Positions 25,495 through 34,997 of a stretch of DNA of 64,000 bases are shown here, piece after piece. A model generated the notes under the pieces. The model did not search any database. It saw nothing but the letters and a program-made list of their open reading frames with translations, and had not been told where the DNA came from. Source of the stretch: Candidatus Zixiibacteriota bacterium (GTDB lineage Bacteria > Zixibacteria > MSB-5A5 > GN15 > FEB-12); the NCBI GenBank assembly GCA_040752815.1, contig JBFMGC010000004.1, positions 2,551 through 66,550 on the forward strand, written 5' to 3'. Within the stretch, counting starts at the first letter, position 1. Every line of letters starts with the position of its first letter. The position numbers and the translations under genes are program-made.

Positions 25495-26718
25495 TTACAT
25501 TTTTCTCGTTATCCAGTCTTCCAGCCGACTGAGCCAGGAGCGCATTCGGCTGCCGCGGCGACCGGCGCTCGGCTCGTTGGCGAATCCGTACATCAGTAAT
25601 CCGAAACCAGCCGCGAAAGCCGGCCCGCTGAGAGCATCCGGCACATGAGCAAATCCCCTGACTTCACCCACCCGTACCGGTACATCGAAAATCTGCTCAG
25701 CTAATTCCGTACAACCGGCCAGCGCTGCCCCGCCGCCGGTGAGGATCATGCCCGATGCGAGTCGGTCGAGCGAGACCACCTGCCTGAGATCCCGCGCCAC
25801 CAGCGAGAAGATCTCCTCCATGCGCGGCTCGATAATCGATACCAACACGTTGCGGGAGATCTCCCTGGCCGCCCGTCCTCCCGGACCGGGCACCTCAATC
25901 ATTTCGGTTGCGTCCACGTGTGTCGTGAGCGCTGCGCCGTGGGCGATCTTCAACTCTTCCGCCTGCGAAACCGACGTGCGCAGGCCGATAGCTATGTCGT
26001 TGGCGACATTGCGCCCGCCGAGGGAGACGGTCGACGAATGCCGGATGGCGCCGTCGAAAAAGACCGACACGCTGGTGATATCGCCACCGATATCAAGCAG
26101 CACGCAGCCGGCCTCCAGATTGGTGTCGTTCAGCAGAACCTGCGACAAGGCCAGCGCTTCGAGCACCACATGATCGACGCCCAGATGACAGCGCTCCAGC
26201 GCGCGATAGACATTGCGCGCGGTGGTTACCGAGGCGGTCACGATGTGCGCCTCGACTTCGAGCCGCACGCCGTTCATGCCGACCGGATCCTGAATACCGG
26301 ACTGGTCATCGACAGAATACGCCTGCGGCACCACGTGGATTATTTCCCGGTCAACCGGCAGGGCCACCGTGCGGGCGGCATCGATCGCCCGTTTCACATC
26401 CGCGGCGGTGATCTCGTTGTCCGAGCGACTGACCGTCACCACGCCGTGGCTGTTAATCGACCGAATATGTTCGCCGGCGATGCCGACCGAGACGCGGTCA
26501 ATCTCGACGCCGGAAACCATCTGCGCATCGCCCACGGCCTTTTCGATCGCCTTGACCGTTTTGTCCATGTCGACAACCACACCGCGCTTGAGACCGTCCG
26601 CGGGCGCCACCCCATGGCCGGTAACGTAGATCGCGCCTTCGGCATCCATCTCGCCCACCAGGCAAAAGACCTTGGTGGTCCCGATATCCAGGGCAGCGAC
26701 GATACTCTCAGCGGCCAT
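25495..26718 (-). CDS. ftsA: cell division protein FtsA
   Basis: Actin-like ATPase (LDIGTTKV, LDIGGDITSV, ILTGGGA). AGAGGAG RBS. Confidence 0.96.
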   Translation of the reverse strand: MAAESIVAALDIGTTKVFCLVGEMDAEGAIYVTGHGVAPADGLKRGVVVDMDKTVKAIEKAVGDAQMVSGVEIDRVSVGIAGEHIRSINSHGVVTVSRSDNEITAADVKRAIDAARTVALPVDREIIHVVPQAYSVDDQSGIQDPVGMNGVRLEVEAHIVTASVTTARNVYRALERCHLGVDHVVLEALALSQVLLNDTNLEAGCVLLDIGGDITSVSVFFDGAIRHSSTVSLGGRNVANDIAIGLRTSVSQAEELKIAHGAALTTHVDATEMIEVPGPGGRAAREISRNVLVSIIEPRMEEIFSLVARDLRQVVSLDRLASGMILTGGGAALAGCTELAEQIFDVPVRVGEVRGFAHVPDALSGPAFAAGFGLLMYGFANEPSAGRRGSRMRSWLSRLEDWITRKM

Positions 26719-27487
26719 GCTGCTCCTCTGCGACTACCATGGTATCGCCGTTGGACGTCACTGTGTCCGGCAGGGTCGTCTGCACGATGAGATTGGCAAA
26801 GCGGAGGTCGACCAGGCGGGAGGAGTCGATCGGCGACTCGAACCCCTCCAGGAATTCGAAGAAGCCGGTTATTTGGTCGAGGAATCCTTCGGCGGTAACC
26901 TTGAGGCGGTAGGCCAACCCGGAAACGGAAATCTCCACGTGCGCGGGCGAACTCAAATCCACCTCTTCGATTAGCCGATACAGCCGACGGTTTTCGTCGG
27001 AAAGCTCTTTGAGCTGTGGTACGATCAGGGCGACACGCGGGTCCTCGCACCGCTCGAATATCTTACCCGCATTCGCACCTGTGATGATCGGATGTTCCCA
27101 GTCTCCAAAATCCTCTCGGAGCGGCACGGTGCGGCCGCCGTAGTTGAGCCCCAGCATACGCCCGCCGGCGCGATCCAGCACCAGACAAACCGGCGTGAAA
27201 CGGTTTGTGTGAATGTTGATGGATGACGGCAGGTCGATTTCGATATCGACCCGCGCGGTTTGCTCGTTCAACAGGAGAAGCTTCGCGACCGACTTAAACG
27301 GCTGCTTCACGACTGAGGCGTCCGGATCCAGGCCGAGTTTCCGGCGTGGGTTTTCGATCGGTTCGCCGTCAAGTGTCACTGCGTTGAGCGTCTGCCACCC
27401 GCTGATTTCAATGACAGCACTCAACCCGGCCCCGAAGACAATCACGCCCAGGAGAATGAGCCGGGTTCTTTTCGCAAGCGGTTTCAC
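26708..27487 (-). CDS. ftsQ: cell division protein FtsQ (POTRA + FtsQ domain)
   Basis: Single TM segment (RLILLGVIVFGAGLSAVIEI). GTG at 27487 overlaps the murC stop (GTGA). The ORF-track extension to 27724 lies inside murC. Confidence 0.8.
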   Translation of the reverse strand: MKPLAKRTRLILLGVIVFGAGLSAVIEISGWQTLNAVTLDGEPIENPRRKLGLDPDASVVKQPFKSVAKLLLLNEQTARVDIEIDLPSSINIHTNRFTPVCLVLDRAGGRMLGLNYGGRTVPLREDFGDWEHPIITGANAGKIFERCEDPRVALIVPQLKELSDENRRLYRLIEEVDLSSPAHVEISVSGLAYRLKVTAEGFLDQITGFFEFLEGFESPIDSSRLVDLRFANLIVQTTLPDTVTSNGDTMVVAEEQHGR

Positions 27488-28914
27488 CGGGTCGCCAGCC
27501 TTTCCAGAATGAGCCGCTTGATATGCGTAATCGATCCGGCCCCTATAGTCATGACGACATCGCCCGGACGGGCCAGCCGCTCGATTTCGTCGAGCGCGTT
27601 TTCCTTGATTCCGACATAACTGAAGTTCGTAGCGCCTCTGGCTTCGGCGCGTTCTTTGATGAGTGCTGACGTGACGCCGGGAATCGGCTGCTCGCGGGCC
27701 GGATAGATATCGGTCAGGATGCAATGATCGGCGGTGGCCAGTACCTCCGCGAATTCATTCACAAAGTCACGAGTCCGGCTATACAGATGCGGCTGGAAGA
27801 TGACTATCAAACGGCGCCGGTAGGATTCACGGGCGGTATTGATCGTGGCACGCAGTTCGGTGGGATGATGGGCGTAGTCGTCAATCACGAGGACGCCGCC
27901 GGCCTCGCCGATAACCTCGAAGCGCCGCCCGACACCGCGAAAGCCAACCAGGGCCTCAACAATAGTGGCGAACGAAACGTCCAGTTCGCTCGCCGCGGCG
28001 GCTGCCGCCAACGCGTTGGCGACGTTATGTCTGCCGGGGACATGCAGAACGATTTCCCCCAGCAGTTCATCCCGACGAAAAACCGAAAATCGTGTGCCCC
28101 CGTTGCGAGGGTTGAGATTGACAGCCCGGTAATCCGCCTCCTCGGATAATCCGAAAGTCACGTACGGCCGGGTAAAACGCGGCATGAGGCTGCGGATGTT
28201 GGGGTCATCCGCGGAAACAACGGCGCTGCCGTAGAAGGGTACCCGGTTGATGTACTGCAGGAAGGCGTCGCGGAGATCGTCCATATCGCGATAGCAGTCG
28301 AGATGGTCCGGCTCGACATTGAGCACGACCGCCATGCTTGGGAACATCGCAAAGATCGAGCGATCGTATTCGTCGACTTCGGCCACGAGATAGTCGCCTT
28401 TGCCCAGCGATGCGCCCGTGCCGAGTTCAGCCACAACTCCCCCGACCACCAGAGTCGGATACAGCTCGGCGGCCTGCAGGATACGTCCGACCATCGAAGT
28501 AGTCGTCGTCTTGCCGTGTGTGCCGGCCACACCGACCGAGAACTTGAGGCGCATCAGTTCGCCCAGCATCTCGGCGCGCTTGATGACCGGGATTCCCTGC
28601 TGTCGCGCCGCAAGCACCTCGGGGTTGTCGGCGGCAATCGCGGACGAGATTACGACCACGTCGGCCTTACCGATGTTCTCTTCGAGATGCCCTTCGTGGC
28701 ACTCGATTCCGATCTTCTGAAGATACTCGGTGATCTCGCTTGGGGTGCTGTCTGACCCGGTCACGGCATAGCCGAGGTTGTGCAGGATTTCTGCGATCCC
28801 GGACATACCGGCGCCGCCGATACCCACGAAGTGAAGCCGCTTAAATCTGCCGAACATCATCCTGCCACTCACGAATTTGACGATTTGCTCACGCGTTCCC
28901 TGCTCAACGATCAA
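27484..28914 (-). CDS. murC: UDP-N-acetylmuramate--L-alanine ligase
   Basis: HFVGIGGAGMSGIAEIL and GTHGKTTTTSM. TTG start at 28914 is preceded by AGGAGG with a 6-nt spacer. An alternative ATG is at 28860. Confidence 0.95.
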   Translation of the reverse strand: MIVEQGTREQIVKFVSGRMMFGRFKRLHFVGIGGAGMSGIAEILHNLGYAVTGSDSTPSEITEYLQKIGIECHEGHLEENIGKADVVVISSAIAADNPEVLAARQQGIPVIKRAEMLGELMRLKFSVGVAGTHGKTTTTSMVGRILQAAELYPTLVVGGVVAELGTGASLGKGDYLVAEVDEYDRSIFAMFPSMAVVLNVEPDHLDCYRDMDDLRDAFLQYINRVPFYGSAVVSADDPNIRSLMPRFTRPYVTFGLSEEADYRAVNLNPRNGGTRFSVFRRDELLGEIVLHVPGRHNVANALAAAAAASELDVSFATIVEALVGFRGVGRRFEVIGEAGGVLVIDDYAHHPTELRATINTARESYRRRLIVIFQPHLYSRTRDFVNEFAEVLATADHCILTDIYPAREQPIPGVTSALIKERAEARGATNFSYVGIKENALDEIERLARPGDVVMTIGAGSITHIKRLILERLATR

Positions 28915-30055
28915 CTCTCGCCTCCTGAGCTTTGACCACCAATCTGATAATGTCCTCTGCGATCACGTCGACCGCCGGCTTCCGGCCGACCGTGTGCTGC
29001 CGTAAAGTCTGGCGCATTCGCTCAATGCGGCCATCGCGATCCATTGCCACGATTTGAGCCAGAAGATCGATCGAGTCGAGATCGTCGGGATTGATCACCT
29101 CGGCGAATCCCCGGGAAACGCTTGCCTTCGCGTTCATTCTCTGATGATCGCCTGCGGCATGTGGATAGGGGATAAGCAGCGCAGGCAGGCCGCCCGCTTC
29201 GATTTCGGCCAGGCTGATCGCGCCGGAGCGAGCAATCACCATATCGGCTGCCGCGTATACCAGATCCATGCGCTGCTCGAACGGAAAGAGCACGTGGCCC
29301 TGAGCGGCGCTGCCGAGACTGCCTGCGACGTGGTTGAATTCCCTTTCGCCGGTTTGCCAGAGCAATTGGTAGCCCCGCTCAAGGGAACCAGCCCAAAGGC
29401 TCTTTGATATGGCGGCGTTAATTGAGCGCGCCCCCTGTGAGCCACCGAGCACTAGAACTGTCCTGCGGGCAGGGTCGAGCTTGAAGTGCTCCAGCGCCTG
29501 GCGGCGATCGCCCGACAGGACACTTTTTCGCACCGGGTTGCCGGTAGTGACTATCGGCGTTGTGTTGGGCAGGAACTGGCGGGCCTCGTCGAAACCGAGA
29601 TATATTCGCGCCGCCGAACCGGCCAACTGGCGGGTGACCACGCCGGGATAGGAATTCTGCTCCTGCAGTACCGTCGTGATGCCCATCATGGCAGCCATCC
29701 GCAAAACCGGCCAGCAGACGTACCCTCCCGTGCCAACTACAAGATCGGGGCGGTGCGCTTTTAGCAGGGCGCGCGACTGCCACAATGACTTCACGACCAG
29801 GAACGGGACCGCCAGGTTGCTGAACGCCAGCCGCCTGGCCATACCGCGTATGTCTATCAACTGGAGCGGAAGTGACAGCGACTCGCGAAGCCGGTACTCG
29901 ATTCCGCGCACCGTGCCGACCAAGACAATCTTCTTCTGGCAGCTTTCGCCTGCCAACTCGCCGACGCGTTGGGCAATCGCCAACGCCGGAAACAAATGTC
30001 CGCCGGTGCCGCCACCCGCGAACACGAGGCTGATTGACTTCAGTCCGGAGGTCAC
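28904..30055 (-). CDS. murG: undecaprenyldiphospho-muramoylpentapeptide beta-N-acetylglucosaminyltransferase
   Basis: GGTGGHLFPALA. GT28 architecture. Confidence 0.95.
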   Translation of the reverse strand: MTSGLKSISLVFAGGGTGGHLFPALAIAQRVGELAGESCQKKIVLVGTVRGIEYRLRESLSLPLQLIDIRGMARRLAFSNLAVPFLVVKSLWQSRALLKAHRPDLVVGTGGYVCWPVLRMAAMMGITTVLQEQNSYPGVVTRQLAGSAARIYLGFDEARQFLPNTTPIVTTGNPVRKSVLSGDRRQALEHFKLDPARRTVLVLGGSQGARSINAAISKSLWAGSLERGYQLLWQTGEREFNHVAGSLGSAAQGHVLFPFEQRMDLVYAAADMVIARSGAISLAEIEAGGLPALLIPYPHAAGDHQRMNAKASVSRGFAEVINPDDLDSIDLLAQIVAMDRDGRIERMRQTLRQHTVGRKPAVDVIAEDIIRLVVKAQEARVDR

Positions 30056-31164
30056 TTCACGACCCTCCGCGACAGGTTGAGCAGCACCCCAATCGCCGCA
30101 CTGGATACCAGGAGCGATGATCCTCCGTAGGAGAGAAACGGTAAGGCCCTGCCAGTGACGGGCAGTATAGATGTAACCACACCGATGTTTATCGCGATGT
30201 TCACGAACAATGACCAGGTCATGCCTGCAGCGAGCAGGAAGCCGAAGCGGTCGGGCTGCTGCATGGCGATACGGCAGCCGCGCCAGAGCAGGTAAAAAAG
30301 CACGCCCAGCAGAATCATCAAACCAATGAAACCAAGTTCCTCGCCGATCGACGCCAGAATGAAATCGGTGTGGGGGTACGGCAGGAAGAAGAGCTTCTGG
30401 CGGCCATCGCCCAGACCCGTGCCGAGCAACCCGCCGTTGCCAAATGTAAGCACCGCCTGCTTCACCTGGTAGCTTCCCTGAAGCGGATCGGAGACCGCGG
30501 CAAGGTAGTCAAGCACCCGCGCCCGCTTGTAGCCGATGACAAAGACAATAAAGCTGCCGAGTGCCGCGGGCGGCAGAATCGCCAGGGCGAGATGCTTGAG
30601 CCGGGCGCCGGCCACAAAGAACATCCCCAGCACCGACAGCAGCAGCACCACCACCGCGCCGAGATCAGGCTCGAAGACGATTAGCAACATGCCGACGCCG
30701 ATTATCGGTGCATAGGGAAAGAGGACTTGCCGCCAGTCGGCCAGGTTTCGTTTGTGATTGGACAGAGAGAACGCCAGGTAGTAGATGACGAGAAACTTGA
30801 ACACCTCCGATGGCTGCAGGGTCAGCGGGCCAAGAAATAGCCAGCGGTGCGAGCCGTTGCGCGCCGGCATGAGAAAAACCAGGCACAGGAGCAGCATCGT
30901 GAAGAATAGCGCCGGCACGGTGTAGACGGCCATTCTCTGAAGATCGAGCTTATTGACTATCCAGATGCACAGGATCGACAGAAGCCCCCACGCTACCTGC
31001 AGGCGCAGGAAATGCCAATGCGAGCCGAAACGGCTTTCGGCGATTATGGATGACGCCGAGTAAACCATGATGAGCCCGGTCGCCAGCACCAGCAGGTAGG
31101 CGAGCAGGAGGCGTTCGTCGATGGCTACCTTAGTGCGCCACCGCTTCATTAGTGCTCTTGCCAT
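30052..31164 (-). CDS. ftsW: peptidoglycan glycosyltransferase FtsW (SEDS family)
   Basis: Polytopic membrane protein with SEDS motifs (PSEVFKF, LPYPHTDFI, SYGGSS). Start is uncertain (ATG at 31164 or 31149). The ORF-track start at 31320 lies within murD. Confidence 0.9.
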   Translation of the reverse strand: MARALMKRWRTKVAIDERLLLAYLLVLATGLIMVYSASSIIAESRFGSHWHFLRLQVAWGLLSILCIWIVNKLDLQRMAVYTVPALFFTMLLLCLVFLMPARNGSHRWLFLGPLTLQPSEVFKFLVIYYLAFSLSNHKRNLADWRQVLFPYAPIIGVGMLLIVFEPDLGAVVVLLLSVLGMFFVAGARLKHLALAILPPAALGSFIVFVIGYKRARVLDYLAAVSDPLQGSYQVKQAVLTFGNGGLLGTGLGDGRQKLFFLPYPHTDFILASIGEELGFIGLMILLGVLFYLLWRGCRIAMQQPDRFGFLLAAGMTWSLFVNIAINIGVVTSILPVTGRALPFLSYGGSSLLVSSAAIGVLLNLSRRVVK

Positions 31165-32521
31165 TTCTGAGCCGTGATACCACGTCCTTGAACACCCGAC
31201 CGCGGTGTTCATAATTTTCAAACTGATCGAAACTGGCGCAGCCGGGCGAGAGCAGCACGGTCTCCCCCGGGTGGGCCATCTCGAAGCACTTGTGTATAGC
31301 TTCTTCCAGATTATCCGCAAACTGCGTGGGGACGAGCTTGCCGAGAGCGTTGAAGATCTTTTCTCTGGCTTCGCCGATCGCCACGATTCCGCGAATCTTG
31401 CCCCGCCCGGTTTCTGCTAGCAACTCGAACTCGCCGCCTTTGTCGCGTCCGCCGAGGATCAGATACAGCGGGGTTTCGACCGATCTTAGCGCCCAGCGCA
31501 CCGAGTCCACATTGGTGGCTTTCGAGTCGTTGATGAAAGTCACCCCGGCCACCACGCCCGCTCTTTCGAGACGATGCTCCACGCCGGGGAAGCCGGCCAG
31601 CACGCGCGCCATAACCTCCGGAGTTACGTCGAACTGCGCCGCCATAGTCACCGAGGCGCTGGCATTCTGCAGGTTGTGCGGCCCCTTGATGGCGATATCC
31701 CGCGCGGCTATTACGCGGCGGACCTCGCCGCCCAGCCGGGTACACAGCCAGCCGTCGGCAACGAATGATTCGCACGACTTGTTGTCGCCCGCCGAGAACA
31801 ACGCCCTTCGCGCCTGACTGGAAGGATTGTCCGCCATCGACTCGGCGTCATCGAAGTTCAGAACCAAGACATCGTCGGCGGTCTGGTTCTCGGTGATGCG
31901 GTATTTGGTCTGCTTATAGGTTTCGAAGCTACCGTGGCGGTCGATATGATCGGGCGTGAGATTGAGGATCGCCGCCACATTCGGCCTGAACTCTGAAATC
32001 GTCTCGAGTTGGAACGACGAGACTTCCAGTACCGCGATAGAATCCTGCCCCATCAGCCCGACTACGTCGGCCAGCGGACGACCGATATTGCCGCATACAT
32101 GCGTGTCGTAACCGGCGGCAGTCATAATCTCACCCAGCAGGGTGGTGGTAGTCGTCTTGCCGTTGGCGCCGGTGATAGCCATGATACGGCCGGGGCAGAC
32201 CCACGAGGCTATCTCGAGCTCAGAGAAAATCGGCAGGCCCGTGTCCCGCGCCTGGGTGAGTATCGGTATTGTCAGCAGCGCGCCCGGAGAGACAACAATA
32301 TAGTCACAGGCAAGAAGTCGCTCAGTGTGACCGCCGACCTCGAACGGGATTCCCAGGTTCTTGAGCTCAGCGCACTGGCTGCTCACTTTTTCCAGGGGAG
32401 CGCTGTCGGATACAAAGGGACGACCCCCGAGTGTCTGCACTAATTTAGCGGCGGCCATGCCTGAGCGTGCCATGCCGACAATGCCGACCTTGCGGCCGCG
32501 TATGCGTTCCTGTACCGTCAT
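31130..32521 (-). CDS. murD: UDP-N-acetylmuramoylalanine--D-glutamate ligase
   Basis: VGIVGMARSGMAAAKL and ITGANGKTTTTTL. ATG at 32521 overlaps the mraY stop (ATGA). The long ORF-track N-terminal extension is antisense/overlap noise. Confidence 0.94.
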   Translation of the reverse strand: MTVQERIRGRKVGIVGMARSGMAAAKLVQTLGGRPFVSDSAPLEKVSSQCAELKNLGIPFEVGGHTERLLACDYIVVSPGALLTIPILTQARDTGLPIFSELEIASWVCPGRIMAITGANGKTTTTTLLGEIMTAAGYDTHVCGNIGRPLADVVGLMGQDSIAVLEVSSFQLETISEFRPNVAAILNLTPDHIDRHGSFETYKQTKYRITENQTADDVLVLNFDDAESMADNPSSQARRALFSAGDNKSCESFVADGWLCTRLGGEVRRVIAARDIAIKGPHNLQNASASVTMAAQFDVTPEVMARVLAGFPGVEHRLERAGVVAGVTFINDSKATNVDSVRWALRSVETPLYLILGGRDKGGEFELLAETGRGKIRGIVAIGEAREKIFNALGKLVPTQFADNLEEAIHKCFEMAHPGETVLLSPGCASFDQFENYEHRGRVFKDVVSRLRNGKSTNEAVAH

Positions 32522-33606
32522 CGTATTTTCAATGTCGCCAGAGTGAGGAGGGCGCAGAGAGCGCCGACTATCCAGTAGCGCACTACGACCTTTGACTCCG
32601 GCCAGCCTATCAGTTCGAAATGATGATGCAGCGGCGCCATCTTGAAGACCCGCTTCCCGCCCCGGTAGCGATAGGACAAGATTTGAATTATGACCGAGAG
32701 GGCGGTCACCACAAAAACGCCGCCGACTATAATCAACAGTAGTTCTTTCTTGAGGAGTATCGCAATTGCCCCCAGTGCTCCGCCGAGCGCCAGTGAGCCG
32801 GTATCGCCCATGAACACTTCGGCCGGGTGCGAATTGAACCAGAGAAATCCAAGGGCCGAACCCACCGCCGCTCCGCAATACACCGCCAGCTCGCCGGTGC
32901 CGGGGAGGTAGTCGATCTGCAGATACTGCGAATAATCAAGCCGGCCGGTGATATACGCAATCCCGCCAAAGGCAATGAAACAGAGACCACACAGACCGAT
33001 AGCCAACCCGTCGAGTCCGTCAGTCAGGTTCACAGCGTTCGAGGCGCCGGTGATCACCAGGATGACAAAGGGGATATAAAACACACCCAGCATGAGGACA
33101 TAGTTCTTGAAAAAGGGAATACCGGTGGTGCCGTCGAAAGGATCCCCCGGCGCCATATAGAGCAAGCTGAGACCAAACAGCAGCCCGAGGATCACCTGGC
33201 CGACAAACTTTTTTCGAGCGACGAGACCGCTCCGCTGGCGTTTGATTGCTTTAAGATAGTCGTCCATGAAGCCGATAGCTCCCAGCCAGACGGTCACGAA
33301 CAGAACTGCCAGCACGTAGTAGTTGGTGAGATCGGCCCAAAGTACAGTGGGGATGACAATACCGGCAAGCACGATCAGCCCGCCCATGGTGGGCGTGCCT
33401 TCTTTCTTCTTGTGCGAGGCGGGGCCTTCCTCACGAATGCGCTCGGCGACCTGGTATTTTTTCAACTGCCGGATGAAGAACGGCCCGAGGATCAGGCAGA
33501 TGAAGATCGCGGTCGCGGTGGCGCCGGCAGTGCGAAAGGTGATATACCGAAACAAATTCAGTCCGGAAATCTCCCGCGCCAGTGGATACAAAAGCAGATA
33601 GAACAT
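32518..33606 (-). CDS. mraY: phospho-N-acetylmuramoyl-pentapeptide-transferase
   Basis: MFYLLLYPL..., KKEGTPTMGG, NAVNLTDGLDGLA, MGDTGSLALGG. ATG at 33606 overlaps the murF stop by 1 nt. Confidence 0.96.
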   Translation of the reverse strand: MFYLLLYPLAREISGLNLFRYITFRTAGATATAIFICLILGPFFIRQLKKYQVAERIREEGPASHKKKEGTPTMGGLIVLAGIVIPTVLWADLTNYYVLAVLFVTVWLGAIGFMDDYLKAIKRQRSGLVARKKFVGQVILGLLFGLSLLYMAPGDPFDGTTGIPFFKNYVLMLGVFYIPFVILVITGASNAVNLTDGLDGLAIGLCGLCFIAFGGIAYITGRLDYSQYLQIDYLPGTGELAVYCGAAVGSALGFLWFNSHPAEVFMGDTGSLALGGALGAIAILLKKELLLIIVGGVFVVTALSVIIQILSYRYRGGKRVFKMAPLHHHFELIGWPESKVVVRYWIVGALCALLTLATLKIR

Positions 33607-34997
33607 CAGGCGTCCCCCTCGCTCTTGACAAATTCCTTCAGCACCGCTTCCAGGCCGATCCCGCGCGAGCCCTTCAGATACACCAGGTCGCCCGGTCTGA
33701 GCAGCTCCACTGAGGCGAGCGCGCATGAGCGGGCGTCATCGAAATAGCGAAGCCGCACTGCCGTAACGCCAGAGCCCCGGGCGCTTTCGATCGTGTATCG
33801 CGACATCGGCCCCACCGCGAGGATCAGGTCGAAATCGTAATCGGCGAGTTGCTTGCCGATGTCGCGGTGGTACTCTACCGTGGGTTCGCCCAGCTCAAGC
33901 ATGTCGCCGAGGACGACGACCTTGCGCCCTGTGTGCTGCCGCAGGTGGAATGACTTCAGCCCGGCACTGACCGACTCGGGATTCGCGTTGTAACAGTCGG
34001 AGATAAATGTGATACCCTGTGACGCGACTACCTCGCCACGCATAGACGGTGTGGTCAGTTTAATAGTTGTCGTATCGATTTCATCGAAAAAGGCTCCCAT
34101 CACCCGGGCAATGGCATAAGCGCACAGCAGGTTGTAAACCTGGTACTGGCCGAATAGCGGAAGGCGGAACTCTTGATAGTCTATGGCAACATAGGTCGCG
34201 TATTTGGTCTCGCGGATCTTAAGCGGGCGGAAATCGGCGTCATTGAGAATCCCGAAAGTTATGGGACGGCTGTGCACGCGCCTCGCTTCGGCCATCAGCA
34301 CGGGATCATCGGCGTTGACAATCAGCGGCGCTCCCGGTTCGCAGTGGTGGACCGCCCTCAGTTTCTCGCGAGCTACCGCTTCAACCGAACCCAGGAACTC
34401 CAGATGAGTCGGCCCGACATTCGTGACCGCCATCAGGTGCGGCCGCACGAGCGATGCCAGGCGGTTCATCTCGCCGGGGACCGAGATACCCATTTCGAGG
34501 ATAGCCATGCTCGTATTGTTTGGCATCGCAAACAAGGCCAGCGGGATACCGTACAGGTTGTTGAAATTCCCCGGCGAACGGTAGATATTCTCCTCCACCG
34601 CGCTGAGCAGGCGATAGGTGAATTCCTTGGTGGTGGTCTTGCCGTTGGAGCCGGTGATGCCCACTCGCTTGGCGGGCAGAGTCTTCATATACTCGGCGGC
34701 CAGTTTCAGCATAGCCTCGTGTGTATCAGCTACTTCAACAACGGCCGTGGTTGCGGGCATCGCGCGGTCCGCGAAGAAACCTCTTCGCACTATCAGGCCG
34801 GCCGCACCGCGCGAGACTGCCTGATCGATATGCTCATGGCCATCATGCTTTTCCCCCTTTATGGCAAAGAACAACTGGCCCGGCTCGATCGTGCGGCTGT
34901 CGGAAGATACGCCGGTGAATTTGCGATCGTGAGATGCCGCGGTGAGAAGTCGTCCGCCCGTCATGGTCGCGAGTCTATCGAAGGCCAACGTAATCAC
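33606..34997 (-). CDS. murF: UDP-N-acetylmuramoyl-tripeptide--D-alanyl-D-alanine ligase
   Basis: ITGSNGKTTTKE. Mur ligase middle and C-terminal domains. GTG start overlaps the murE stop (GTGA). Confidence 0.94.
   Translation of the reverse strand: MITLAFDRLATMTGGRLLTAASHDRKFTGVSSDSRTIEPGQLFFAIKGEKHDGHEHIDQAVSRGAAGLIVRRGFFADRAMPATTAVVEVADTHEAMLKLAAEYMKTLPAKRVGITGSNGKTTTKEFTYRLLSAVEENIYRSPGNFNNLYGIPLALFAMPNNTSMAILEMGISVPGEMNRLASLVRPHLMAVTNVGPTHLEFLGSVEAVAREKLRAVHHCEPGAPLIVNADDPVLMAEARRVHSRPITFGILNDADFRPLKIRETKYATYVAIDYQEFRLPLFGQYQVYNLLCAYAIARVMGAFFDEIDTTTIKLTTPSMRGEVVASQGITFISDCYNANPESVSAGLKSFHLRQHTGRKVVVLGDMLELGEPTVEYHRDIGKQLADYDFDLILAVGPMSRYTIESARGSGVTAVRLRYFDDARSCALASVELLRPGDLVYLKGSRGIGLEAVLKEFVKSEGDA

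Noticed and set aside
31130-32878. Long N-terminal extensions in ORF-track entries: murD to 32878, mraY to 33726, ftsQ to 27724, ftsW to 31320, rsmH to 40120, rimI to 18516, PorX-like to 21085, hybrid HK to 14396, C25 from 40748 and M23 to 61052.
   Set aside because: The extensions overlap the preceding conserved gene and encode Arg-rich junk. Internal ATG/GTG codons placed at or next to the upstream stop codon give proteins starting where homologues start.
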